A stretch of DNA of 64,000 nt from Cenococcum geophilum (lineage: Eukaryota): assembly GCA_050273025.1 (NCBI GenBank), contig CP158635.1, positions 4,774,001-4,838,000 on the forward strand, written 5' to 3'. The notes under the pieces were generated by a model that was not told the origin of the DNA, did not search any database, and saw only the letters and a program-made list of their open reading frames with translations. Positions 13,840 through 25,029 of this stretch are shown piece after piece. Position 1 is the first letter of the stretch. Every line of letters starts with the position of its first letter. The position numbers were made by a program, and so were the translations under genes.

Positions 13840-15200
13840 GAGGGTCCTTCGCCTCTTTATTATTTCTCGCTTCTTTTATTTTCACTTTCTCTAGGATATT
13901 TAGAACTTTTATCTCTTGTATCTACACCCTGGTTACTACTTATTTTATATAGAGCTTTTTATTCCCATGTTTTATGTTCCTACTAGCGCTTCTATATCTA
14001 AATCTGTTATTGTCTTTAGTTTTTCCCCTGTTCTTACTGGTTGGCTATACGCCCTTTAAGAGTCGGCTGTAAATATTATATTTACCGCGTTAAGTCTAAT
14101 TCTTAATTGTCCTGGTCTTAAGCTTGCTATAGCTGTCTATAAGGGTCTTCCTATAGGGTGTTCTCTTCCTTATGTCCCCTATAATCCTTATGTCCCTATA
14201 CGGTTTAGTAATGTCGCGCGGCGTCGCTTCTGGCCCGTTAAGGCTTAGGATGGCTGGCCTAGCCCCCTAGTATTAAAGGTAGGAAACGATAGAAAGGTAC
14301 CTGCGCTCCCCTGGCTTATCGCCTGTTATTTCCATTTATATAACCTCGCGTGCAGTTATTCCCGTAGCTATTAAGCCCTTACCTTCTATCTCCTGTATTT
14401 AATGTAGTCTTCTCTTTTCTACGCCTTATATGTGCTTTGGTGGCAGTTTACGTATTTTATTTAGTCTTAATTTAAGTAGTGTCTTATATTGTGGGGGCCT
14501 ATATAGTGGCCGCAGCACACCTGTACTGCGTATATAGATTAGGTATATCCCTATTATACGCAGCAATAGTATTATTCTAGACATAGTCTATAGTTATAGA
14601 GCCTTATATTATATATAAGGCCGTTTATAATTATTCCTTTTTAGATAAGGAGTTTTTACATTTTTGGTATATATGTGCTAATAATAAGGGAGCCATACGT
14701 TTGTCCGGCGTCTCCCTAGTAGGTCTTTAGTAACCCTTATATCCTCTTATTATTCTTATTGTTTACTTAGTTTACATTTTCCTATTAAAGCTATTAGATT
14801 TGGGTAATCTTAAGTCCTAGTATAAGGCGTTTCGTTTATCTTACTATCTCTTATATAATTACTGTGTTGTCCGCCTAGCGTCCCTTTTCTACCCTAAGGC
14901 TTATAGGGACCGCTAGGACTTTAACTGGGTAATCCTCGCGGAGTACTTTTATGCTAATACGTTCTCCTAGCCTATTTCCTGCCCTTATGGCTCGTTTCTT
15001 TGCCTATTAGTCCTTTAGGGTAACTCTAATGTCTCCGCTCCTAAGGTGTCGGACCGTAATAGCGTTATAGACCTCTTTGCGGATTTTTATAAGGACTTCT
15101 ATTTCTAATTATCCCCTAAGCCCCTCTGCTTTTTCTGTGTTTGGTTGTATTGTAATTATATACCCGGTTGTTGTTTTAAGGGGGGTAAGTTCTCTATGCT
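13840..15200 (-). pseudogene. LINE B ORF1 (gag-like), degraded
   Basis: Lies upstream of ORF2, with Cys/His knuckle remnants near 14500-14600. Ends approximate. Confidence 0.55.
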
Positions 15201-16981
15201 ATAGAAGCGCAGCTACGGCGGCCTAGGTGCGGTTCGCCGGTAAAGGGGGGTTTTATTTGTTTTTAATTTTGCTTAGCTGTTAGAGGTAGGTAGTTATATA
15301 GTAGAGTTTAACGTGCCTACTTATCTAGGCCTCTACCCTAGTTTTTTAGTATTTATTCTAATACCTAGGCCCAAAGGCCTAGGGGCTTTCTATAAGTAGT
15401 TGGCTGCTACCACCTTAATAGGGGGTCTCACCAGTTCTTTTGGATATCTTATAATAGGATTAGCCTAAGCACTAGTCCGCCCCCCCGCGGTCTATATAAG
15501 AGTCTCCTTCTAAAGTTAGTACGCTTTCGCACGGCTTGGGAGCCTTCTATAGCCTCTAGTTTTACACCTTTTCTATTATTTCCGCTAGTATAGGCATAAG
15601 CTGCCTTTTCTAGGGGTCGCAACTCCCGTCTTATGTGCCTATTGGCGTAATCCTATAAAGATATTATAGCTGCATCCTGTAATATAGAAGCCTTAGGTAC
15701 CTTCTATAGTTAAGGCCTAGACCAAAAAGCCTCCCCTACCTAAGTAACTCCTATTTACTTCTTAAGCATATTTTATTAGCGTACCGCCCTAGAAGCGAAT
15801 AAACGGTTCCGTCTGTTAATATACCGACACGTGTATCCGTTCTCTTAAGCTATATAGTAGTCTTCTCCGGCTAGGACGTAATCCTACCTGCCTATTAAGT
15901 ATACTAGGGGTTAGAGCCTAGCTAAAGGGTAAGGTCCTTAGAGCCAGCAGTAGCTACTACGTACTTCACCCTATAGAAGACTAGCAGTAATATAGGGGCG
16001 CAACACCCTATATACCACTAGCTCCCGTTTTATAATACCTATAAAAGTTTCCTTATAATAGGCCGACCGTGTCTTGTAGAAGGGGTTTATAAATACTAGG
16101 TCCCGCGCCAGGCAACCTGCTCTACCCTCTCCTACTAACTAAGCTTATGTCCCCCCTTTTTATAAGACTGTTAAGTCCTCGTCCAACTAGCCTATATTTC
16201 CCCTATAGCCTCCCCTATATATATATATATTAGGTTACGTGCACTACGCCTATTAAGACCCTTCTATAAGTCGCCTTAGACGTATATATATTAGGTTGCA
16301 TATACTACGCCTATTAAGACCCTCCTATAAGTTACCTGTAAGTCGCCTGTAAGTTACCTACGAGTTAAACGCCATAGGGCCGTCGAAGCTGGCCTATATT
16401 TCCGCTGCCTAGAGCTTTACCCGTATTTCCACCTCATTAAGCCGTTTAGTTGCCGTCGCGTCACTATTACGTCGCTGTCAACCAGGTCGCGCGCACCACG
16501 CCTATTAAGACCCTCTTCTAAGTCACCTAGGTGTACCGGTATACTAGATAGGCCCTTAGAGGGGCCTTAATGAGTTCTTTAGGCAGGGCCTTAATAAGTT
16601 TCGTATAAGGTATCTATAACGCGTTAATTAACAAGTTCTTATAAAAAAGGGTTCCCTACGCCCTTGCCATATCTATTTGGTCTTAGAGCTAGTATAAGCC
16701 TAAGGGTGTCCTATTGTACGCCTAGGACGCGTCCGCATCCGCTAGCTTAATAAGGCTAGTTTCGGCCCTAGCTATAAGCTAAGTAGACGTACATTAGGTG
16801 GTTTTTATATCCTAGTTTCCCTTAATAGGCCTCCCTAGATGGTAGAATAGGAGCTCTAAGCGGAGGCAGTAAGGCTCCTAGTGTTATTAAGGGCGATGCT
16901 TTAAACGCGTCGCCGGCTCAACACCACAGAGTCACAACGACAGCGCGCTGCACGCGCTGCGACGGCTCTCTACTATTACCT

Positions 16982-17066
16982 CTGCACTTGGCTATCAAAA
17001 GGAACGGATTCTAGATGATGTTTCCACCCGCGGCGACGTGGACGCGTGTAGTAGGGCTTCGCGGGC
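16982..17066 (-). ncRNA. HDV-like ribozyme at the 5' end of LINE B (RIP-damaged P2/P4)
   Basis: Reverse complement reads GCCCGCG-AAGCCCTA-CTACAC-GCG-TCCACGT-CGC-CGCGGGT-GG-AAA-P4-GCCAA-GTGCAG. G1 abuts the TSD. Confidence 0.85.
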
Positions 17067-17079
17067 TACCTAATAAATA

Positions 17080-20070
17080 TTATAATCTAATTAATACGTT
17101 TAAGAAATAATTTATAAACTAACTACCCCTATATTAAGATAAGCACGATTTTAAGATAGAACTTAAACCTAGTATAATGCTAAAGTTCGGCCTATTATAC
17201 GGTATATTATAAGAAGAGCTACTTATAATATAATAATACCTTAAAGAGTACCTAGAGAAAGGATTTATTTGCCCTAGTTAATTACTATTTACCTTATTTA
17301 TACTATTTATTAAAACCCTAAAAGAGGCTTAAGGTTCTATATTAATTATTAAGCCCTAAATATAATTATAATTTAAAACTAATATCTAATTTCTCTACTT
17401 TAAGAAACGCTTAACTACTTAGTAAAAGTATAATACTTTATAAAGCTTAATATAGTCGCTACCTTTAATTAAATCCGTATTTATAAAGGAGATAAGAAGT
17501 ATATAACTTTCTATATATAATAGGGACTTTTAAAATACCTAGTAATGCCGTTTAGTATAAAAAAATAGTCTTAGTACGTTTTAGTAATATATTAATAATA
17601 TACTTCGCGAATTCCTTAATATATTTATTACCGCGTATATTAATAATATCTTAATCTATTTATATTTGCTTTTTAAGTATTAAAAACACGTCTAAATAGT
17701 CCTTAATTGCCTGTAAGACGCGGGCTTATAATATAATATTAAGAAATATAAGTTCTACACGTCTAAAGTTGTATACTTAGGCCTAATTATATCCTATAAT
17801 AGAATTAAAATAGACTTTAAGAAAATTACTATAATTATAAACTAGGAAAGTCCTAGTAGTATATAAGACATCTAAGGATTTCTAAGATTCCCAAATTTCT
17901 ATTATTAATTTATTAATCACTTCTTAAAAATTGTTTAGCTATTAGTAAACTTAATATAATTTTTTTTAAATAGACTATTAAATATAAATAAGCTTTTAAT
18001 AACCTAAAATATTATTTTATAACTGCTCTAATTCTTACCTACTTTAATCTAAACCTTAAATATATTATTAAAATAGACTTGTCTAATTATATACTAGGAG
18101 GAATATTATTATAATATAATAAGAACGACGAGCTACGCCTAGTAGCCTTTCTCTCTTAGAAACTTACCCCTACTAAATTAAATTATAAGATATATAATAA
18201 GAAACTACTTATAATTATTAGATACTTTAAACAATAGCGTTTAAAACTTAAAGGATTGTTATTTTTAATACGCGTATTAACGGACTATAAAAACCTATAA
18301 TACTTTATAACTATAAAGCAATTAACGCAACACTAAATTCGTTAAGCTCTTATAATTTAACTGTAAAATTATATACTAACCTAGTAAACTTAATTAGAAG
18401 CCTAACTTATTAATAAAATAATTATAGGACTTACCTATAAACGCCTCTAATAAATAGATTATAAATTAATTATAAATTCTACTACCCCCTAAACGCTTTA
18501 AGAAACCACGCCCTATATTTTTAGATATAAAGCTTAATAGGAATAAATAAGAAATTAATAAGTGGGATATAGAAATTAATAAATTAATAAAACACGAATA
18601 TAAGAATAATCCCTAAATAGTAGATATAATTAAAGCGATTTAAATAGGGAAACGGTAATATAAAAATATTACACTCGCTAAATACAAAATCCGTAATAAT
18701 TAGTTATATTATTAATAAAAGATAGTAAACCCGAATTCCGAACCCTTATAATTTAAGATACTTAAATTTATATATAATTCCTCTATAGTAGGGCATCTAG
18801 GCTATATAAAGACTTAAAAGATTATCTAATAAGTATATTACTAGCTTATAATATATAACTATATATAAAAATACGTTCGAGTATATAAAATATATATACG
18901 TAAGAAGACCTCTTATATAAAGAAGTAAGGAGTATTTTAACCGTTGCTAATTTTAATGCAAAGATAGTAAGATATCTTAATTAACTTTATAGTTAACCTA
19001 CCTAATAGTAATAGGCTTATAAATATTATATTAGTTATTAACTATCTTATAAAAATACGATATATAATTCTTATAGACTTAATTAATGCAGTATTAGTAG
19101 CCGAATGTTTTATTAAGTATATCTTTAAGCTGTATAGACTTTTTAATTTAATAATATCTAACCACGGAAGCTGGTTTATTTTAGATTTTTTAGTAAGCCC
19201 TATATAAACAATTAAGTATATAAATACAACTCTTAGCTATATTTTATCTAAAAATAGATAGTTAAACTAAAATTATAAACGCGATTATAGAATAATACCT
19301 ATAAATATACTACTCCTACCTATAAAATAACTAGGAAAAGTAACTACCTTTAGCTAAGTTTACTATAAATAATATAAGAAACGAATTAATAGGTATAACG
19401 CCGTTCTATATAACCTATAGATAAGACCCTTAACTTAGATTTAAACTATAACCCAAAATTAATACAATAGAACCTATAATTAAGAGGATTTAACTAATTA
19501 ACGTATATAACTTTACTAATTAAATAAAGTAATTAACGGAACTATTATAAAGTAAATTAGCGTACGTTTAAATAGTATAAGAATAGTATATAAATAAAGG
19601 ATAAGCTCCTATGTAGGACTTTAAGGAAGGTAATATAGTTTACCTAAATATATAAAACCTAAAGACTTAATAACCCTTAAAGAAACTAGACTAGAAGTTT
19701 ATAAGCCTATACTAAATTAAAAAGAAACTAAGCCTATATACTTATAAGCTTAAACTACTAACTAAAATAAAAATATATCTAACGTTTTATATAAACTTAC
19801 TATAACCCTTAAAAGGTAAACCTATAACTTACGAAGTACTACCACTACCTCCCGTAATTATTAATACTAGTAATAGTTCTTACTTTATTAACTTAATTAA
19901 TAATATATAATAGAAAACATGATCTAAATAATTTAAACTTCTTATTAAGTAAAAAGGATATAAAATATAAACTTAGGAAACCTATAACTAGGTTAAGGCT
20001 AACGCGCTATCCTTAGTAAAAGAATTCTATAAGGACCATCCTTTATGGCCTACTCTAGCTAGATAGACAT
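17080..20070 (+). pseudogene. Gypsy B pol: RT, RNase H, integrase, chromodomain
   Basis: RF(C)(VD)Y(R)ALN near 17332, AYI(DD)ILIY near 17633, NY(E)IY(D)KELL near 18181, GH(P)G near 18791, chromodomain LLIK(W)(E)GY..T(W)EP near 19937-19983. Confidence 0.88.
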
Positions 20071-20446
20071 AACATAAAGGTAAATAATTACCGCCTAATA
20101 TAAATATATAAAAAACGATAATAAGAACTTAAAATATATTATAATGTTTATAACATAGTTATATAATATATAAGATATTAAGGAACTTTAACCAGTGGTT
20201 AAAGTTATTTAATTAGTTAAATTTACCTTGCTAAGACCTACTGTAAAGATATTAGTTCGGCTTACCACCTTAACTAAGCTAATAGCGATTTTCTATACCG
20301 GGTATAGAAAATCCTAATTAGCCTACTTAATAATTAGAACTAGTAAAACCTTATATTACTACCTAATGCGAAAATATAACACGTAATAAGTTATAAGTCT
20401 TAACTAAAATTAAATTATTTAGACCTTTGGCTAAAAGGGGGGGTAC

Positions 20447-21056
20447 TATAATAGGACTAGCCTAGTTATAGTAGGAATGTCTTAATAAAACACTTAATAG
20501 ATAAATTCTAACGCTTTAACCAAATTCTACTAGATTAATTAAATTTTACTAAAGTCTATTAAAGACCGCATGCGTATATACGCACGCATTGACCATTAAG
20601 CCCCTAACTATTTAATTATATAATTCTCTTATTATTCCTTTCTCTTCTTTACGCAACGTCTTGTTCTTAGCGAGAGCTATATATCCTTAGATTTAGATAG
20701 AATTTACATTATTCCTTTAAATCTTCCCCGAAGTCTCTTTACGCCCTTATCCCTTGCAACGGCAAAATAGGCCCTGCCGTTATCGATAAGGGCTAGCCAA
20801 TTAGATCAATAAGACTCCCAGTTATCAATATGGAGAGGTTTAAATTTTAGGCAATAGTTAGGGCTTCGGGGGGGCTTTTTTTGGCAATGCGATTAGGAGG
20901 AACTTTGTGTCGAATCTTCCAAACAAGGTCCTTATTAACTTTGACACGATTAGGAGGCATAGTGGTGGTGTAATTGGTAATTGACGCGTTCTTTAGAAAA
21001 CGGTGTTCGCGCACAGGCCATCTACGTATTGGACCTTGCCGTTGCAAGGGATAATA
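20447..21056 (+). repeat. Gypsy B 3' LTR, split by a MITE near its end
   Basis: Follows the PPT and begins TATAATAGG (RIP form of TG...). Right end inferred from where Gypsy C homology resumes. Confidence 0.65.
20750..21051 (-). mobile_element. 302-bp MITE / internally deleted Tc1-mariner-type DNA transposon
   Basis: Perfect 16-bp TIR TCCCTTGCAACGGCAA (20750-20765 and 21036-21051), TA TSD on both sides. Short minus-strand ORF MPPNRVKV... may be a transposase N-terminus. Confidence 0.88.
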
Positions 21057-21563
21057 GGATAACTATATCTCGGTTTCCATATATATTACTCTAACTTAGT
21101 ACTATACTAACTTAGTTACTATATACCTTTTACGTTATTAAGTATCTCTAATATTAACCTAACCTATAACCTAATTAATTTTTAGATTATATTTCTATAA
21201 CTAAGGCATTCCTAATACTACCTTATCCCGTCCTAATAGTAGCATATTAAAAGATATCTTAATTTATTTTCCTTTAATAGTTATCTAAATAGGTCCTATT
21301 TTAAGATTAATAATGCCTTCTCTATAGGCTATCGGATCTCCTAAAATTATAACTAATAGATAAAGGTGCTTTTTCTGCCTATATAGTAGCCCTATCCTTT
21401 TTACTACTACTAATAAAATATAGTTCCTTATTACTTTACTATTTATAAATATTTCAAACTACTAATCTTACTAATTAACTTATAAATTTAGGTATTGTCC
21501 TTAAATTTCTTTAAGGGTTTAAGGCTTTACTACTAGCTCTCTTTAGTTTTATAGGCCTCTACT
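21057..21563 (-). mobile_element. Gypsy C fragment (protease region), related to family A
   Basis: Reverse complement is colinear with about 27960-28450. Joins 59221 onward across the LINE A TSD. Confidence 0.85.
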
Positions 21564-22246
21564 AAAAACTTTTACCGCATATGCAACCTTACCAAAAGAT
21601 GGCGCCGCACTTCAAAACTTACGCATACCCATCTTCCTATCAAAAACAATTGATTTTCAGACTCTTAAGACCTAATTCCAACTGCCTAGCAAGCTAGAGG
21701 CGGATTCATTTGCCTTTTTACCCCCTTTTTACTTAAGAGAAAATTCTCTTAAGGGGTGGTCCTAGCTTGTAAACAAGGCAGGGGTAGGAATACCAAAATA
21801 TCAAAATATAGACTTTTCCTAGGTTTTTCTTCTATAAAAAGTAAAAGCCTAATAAAATAGGAGGTGTAGGTATTTTTCTATATCTCCTTTAGTCAGATTT
21901 TCTTTAGTAAGAGAAGGATTGCCTTTTCGGACTTTTCTGCTAGTAAAAGCCTAACAAGTCCTTTTTTTAGTGGTTTTTTCTACTTCTAATAGAGAAGAAA
22001 ATAACTACTACAGTCTTTTTACCCAGTTTTTCTACTACCTTTTAGTCTAATTTCCCTAGAAGCTCTCTAGTAGGGTTAGTAAGGAAAAAGGATATAGAAG
22101 GATAGTAAAAACTAGGAAGGCTTTTTACCTAGTTTTTTACCTCTATACTAGGAGATAAGAGAACTAAGGAGGTTATTATCTACTGCAAAAACTAGGAACC
22201 CCCCCTATAAGCTATAAGCTATAAGCTATAAGCTATAAGACATAAA

Positions 22247-23728
22247 ATGCTAAAGGTAAAGGCTATTAAGCCTAAAATAAAGCCTCCTATAGAGATAAGC
22301 GATGACGAATTCTTATCTACCTCTTCTACTTGTTCTTCTCTATCTTCCCTATGCCTATCTAGGAAAGATAAAGAAGTAGAAGAAGTAGATAAGCCGTCTC
22401 TAGCTTATATAAAGAACCAAAGAAAAAGAAGCCACCCCCTATCGTCTTCTGGAAAAGATAGCTAAAATCTAAAAAGAAACCTACCAAAAATAAGGCCCTC
22501 TAGGGCTAGTTTATACTTTTCCCCTCCTTCTTTAAAACAATTCCTATAAAAGGCCTTAGAAAACCTAACCTAGGCCTATCTAAGGCTAGAAGGAGAAAGT
22601 AAGGAACAAGTTAAATATATTAAGGACGACGTATAAAGAATTATAGTAAGAGAAAATCCTTCTATAAAAGAAACAGAAAAGGAAAAACAGGAGATAGATA
22701 TCCTAAAAGGACTAGTAGAAGAAGTAAGAGCCCTCCGCAAGGAGGTAGCCCCTAAAACCTATATAGAAAAGTTAAAGAAGGGCCTCTCTTCTTCTACTTA
22801 CTCTTCTTTATCGTCGTCTCCTCCTTCCTCTACTACCTCTCCTTCTTCTTCTTTACCCCCTACCTCCTTAATTCCCCCTACTAGTAAGGTAACTAGTAGC
22901 ACTACCAGTTCTACAAGCCCTCCCTCTACTAGAGGGAAAAAGAAGCAGCTATAAGAAAGAGGATTAGTCCTAGTTATAGACTAAAAGGACTAGCCTCTAG
23001 ATATCTTCTCTATACGAAATACAATTAATTAATAATTTATGTCTAAATTGCAAATAGAGAAGCTAGTTATAGCTTCTATAGCTAGAACTAGAGAAAAGTA
23101 GAATATTCTCCTTATAATAACGGAGGAATATAATGCAGATTTTCTAGTTAAATATAAAGAAGTCTGGTCTAGCTGCTTCTCCTTTAAAAGAGAATAAAAA
23201 CTAGAGCCCTAGGCTTAAATAGTAGCTTATAGCGTCCCTATCCCCCCTTTCCTAGAAGAAGGAGGCTCTAAACTTCTACAGGAAGAAATAGAGACCTTTA
23301 ATCCTATTAGGATATAGGGACAACCTAAATAGATCTCTTCTAGGGCAAAAAGATATGATCCACAAACTAGGTTCGGCTCTATAGTGTTTGCTATAAAAAA
23401 TGAGGAAAAAAGATAGGAAATCCTTAAATAGAAGGAAATCCTAATTGTAGGGGTAGCTACTAAGGTAGTTAAATACCTAGAAGTCTCTCCTACTATATAG
23501 TATACAAGCTGCCAAAAATTTAGCTATATAGGAGATAGATACTCTATAAGGGCCTGTTAGTTTTGTGTAGTAGTACACCTATCTAAAGACCACTCCTGTT
23601 CGAGTTGTAATATAATAGGTAAGCCTTATAAATATACTACCCCTCTTTATATTAATTGTAAAGAAAAACACTTTACTACCAGTAAAGACTGCTAGTCTCT
23701 TAAAGCAGCTAAGTTAATATACCAATGA
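22247..23728 (+). pseudogene. LINE A ORF1 (gag-like, CCHC knuckles)
   Basis: ATG at 22247 is in frame with TGA at 23726-23728. (Q)(C)TSCQKF(G)(H) and further knuckles near 23498-23690. Confidence 0.85.
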
Positions 23729-24577
23729 GTATATACTTAGAAGGTTTTATATAGGAAGAAGAAGAAATCTCCCTAGCTTCTAAAGCTAGAGGAGAAATCT
23801 CCTTTATATAACATAATGTAGGGAAAAGATAAGAAGTACAGCAAACCCTACTAAAAATAGGATTTAAAAGAAAAATAGATATTATCCTAGTATAGGAACC
23901 TAGTACATAGAAAGATAGACAAAAAGGATTTTACTTCTCTATTCCACATCCTATATTTAACCTTATCCTCCCTAGTAATCTAGCTATTCGCCCTAAAGTA
24001 GCTATTTATATAAGGAAAACTAGTTCTAGTATCCTATAATATAGAAATAGAGAGGATATCTATAAAGATACAGATACTATAGCACTAGAAATCTATGGCT
24101 AATTTAAAAAAATTCTACTGCTTAATATCTACAATAAGAGATAACTAGACGAGAACTCTAGAACTTAAAGTAATAGTAGATCTACTATCTCTAGGGCTAT
24201 TTTAGAACTAGAAATAGGCCTCCCCTTTATACTTGTAGGAGACTATAACCTATACTATATAAGGTGGAACGCACTAGCTAGAAACTTAACTAGAGAGGCT
24301 AAAGAACTAGTAGATTGGTTAGATAAATATAACTGCTAATTACTAAATTCTAATAAACAAAAAGGGACCTTTTATAGATCTAATATAAGAGAAAAATCTA
24401 TTATAGACTTAGCCTTCTACTTAGGAAACTTTTAAGAAAATACCTAGGATAATTGGACTATAATAGAAGAAACAGGATCTAATTACAAGACTATAGCCTT
24501 CTCTCTATTTACTAGAGAGACGTAAAGATACCTAAACCCTCTTTAAGAAACTCTATTTTTTATAAAAAAAGGCAAAC
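23725..24577 (+). pseudogene. LINE A ORF2 part 1: APE endonuclease
   Basis: (Q)HNVGK near 23809, GDYNL(HH) near 24238, IIDLAF near 24400, GS(DH) near 24475. Confidence 0.88.
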
Positions 24578-25029
24578 TATTACGGACGCTTTAGGTACAA
24601 TGTTACGACTACTTAGAGAAGAGTTAGAAGAAGCTAGTTGGTTAATTTAAGCACGGTTTAGGATAGAGCCGATAGAGCTATGTAATAAGGAATAGTAGCC
24701 GAGGTTATATAATGTGATCTATATAATCTATAATAGAGTAGGTAGAGCATACGTATATTATATATAAGGAGGATTTTATAGGAGTACGGTTATGTATTTA
24801 AGGACCCTTAGTCCCTACCTAGATAGTTCCTTCCTTATAGTAATTCTTAGAATATAATTAGAGTTAATCTATTAGGCAACTACTCTACTAGTTATTATTA
24901 TATTGTTAACTTTAACTTACTTTACCTATATACCTAGCCTATTAACGAGCCCACTATAGTTTTTACTACAAAGTTCCGTTATATAATTACTACCTAGTTA
25001 CAGTAATAAGTATAAAAAGTTAAATAATA

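Larger units (their letters stand above)
10118..17066 (-). mobile_element. Full-length Tad1-like LINE (family B), RIP-inactivated, no RNase H domain seen
   Basis: 13-bp TSD TACCTAATAAATA at 10105-10117 and 17067-17079. ORF1 plus EN-RT-Zn ORF2 on the minus strand. 5' leader about 1.8 kb. Confidence 0.92.
1130..21056 (+). mobile_element. Ty3/Gypsy chromovirus family B, RIP-degraded, interrupted by Copia, SINE-like element, LINE B and MITE; 5' LTR not in window
   Basis: gag about 1130-1589 and 7963-8195 (CFKCGKKGH knuckle near 8164). Protease LIDSGAT near 9501. RT/RNaseH/IN/chromodomain 17080-20070. PPT AAAAGGGGGGG at 20433-20443. 3' LTR from 20447. Confidence 0.85.

Noticed and set aside
21564..21750. 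Ribozyme at the LINE A 5' end
   Set aside because: The element starts AAAAACTTTT and I could not build an HDV P1/P2/P3 topology or a hammerhead core.
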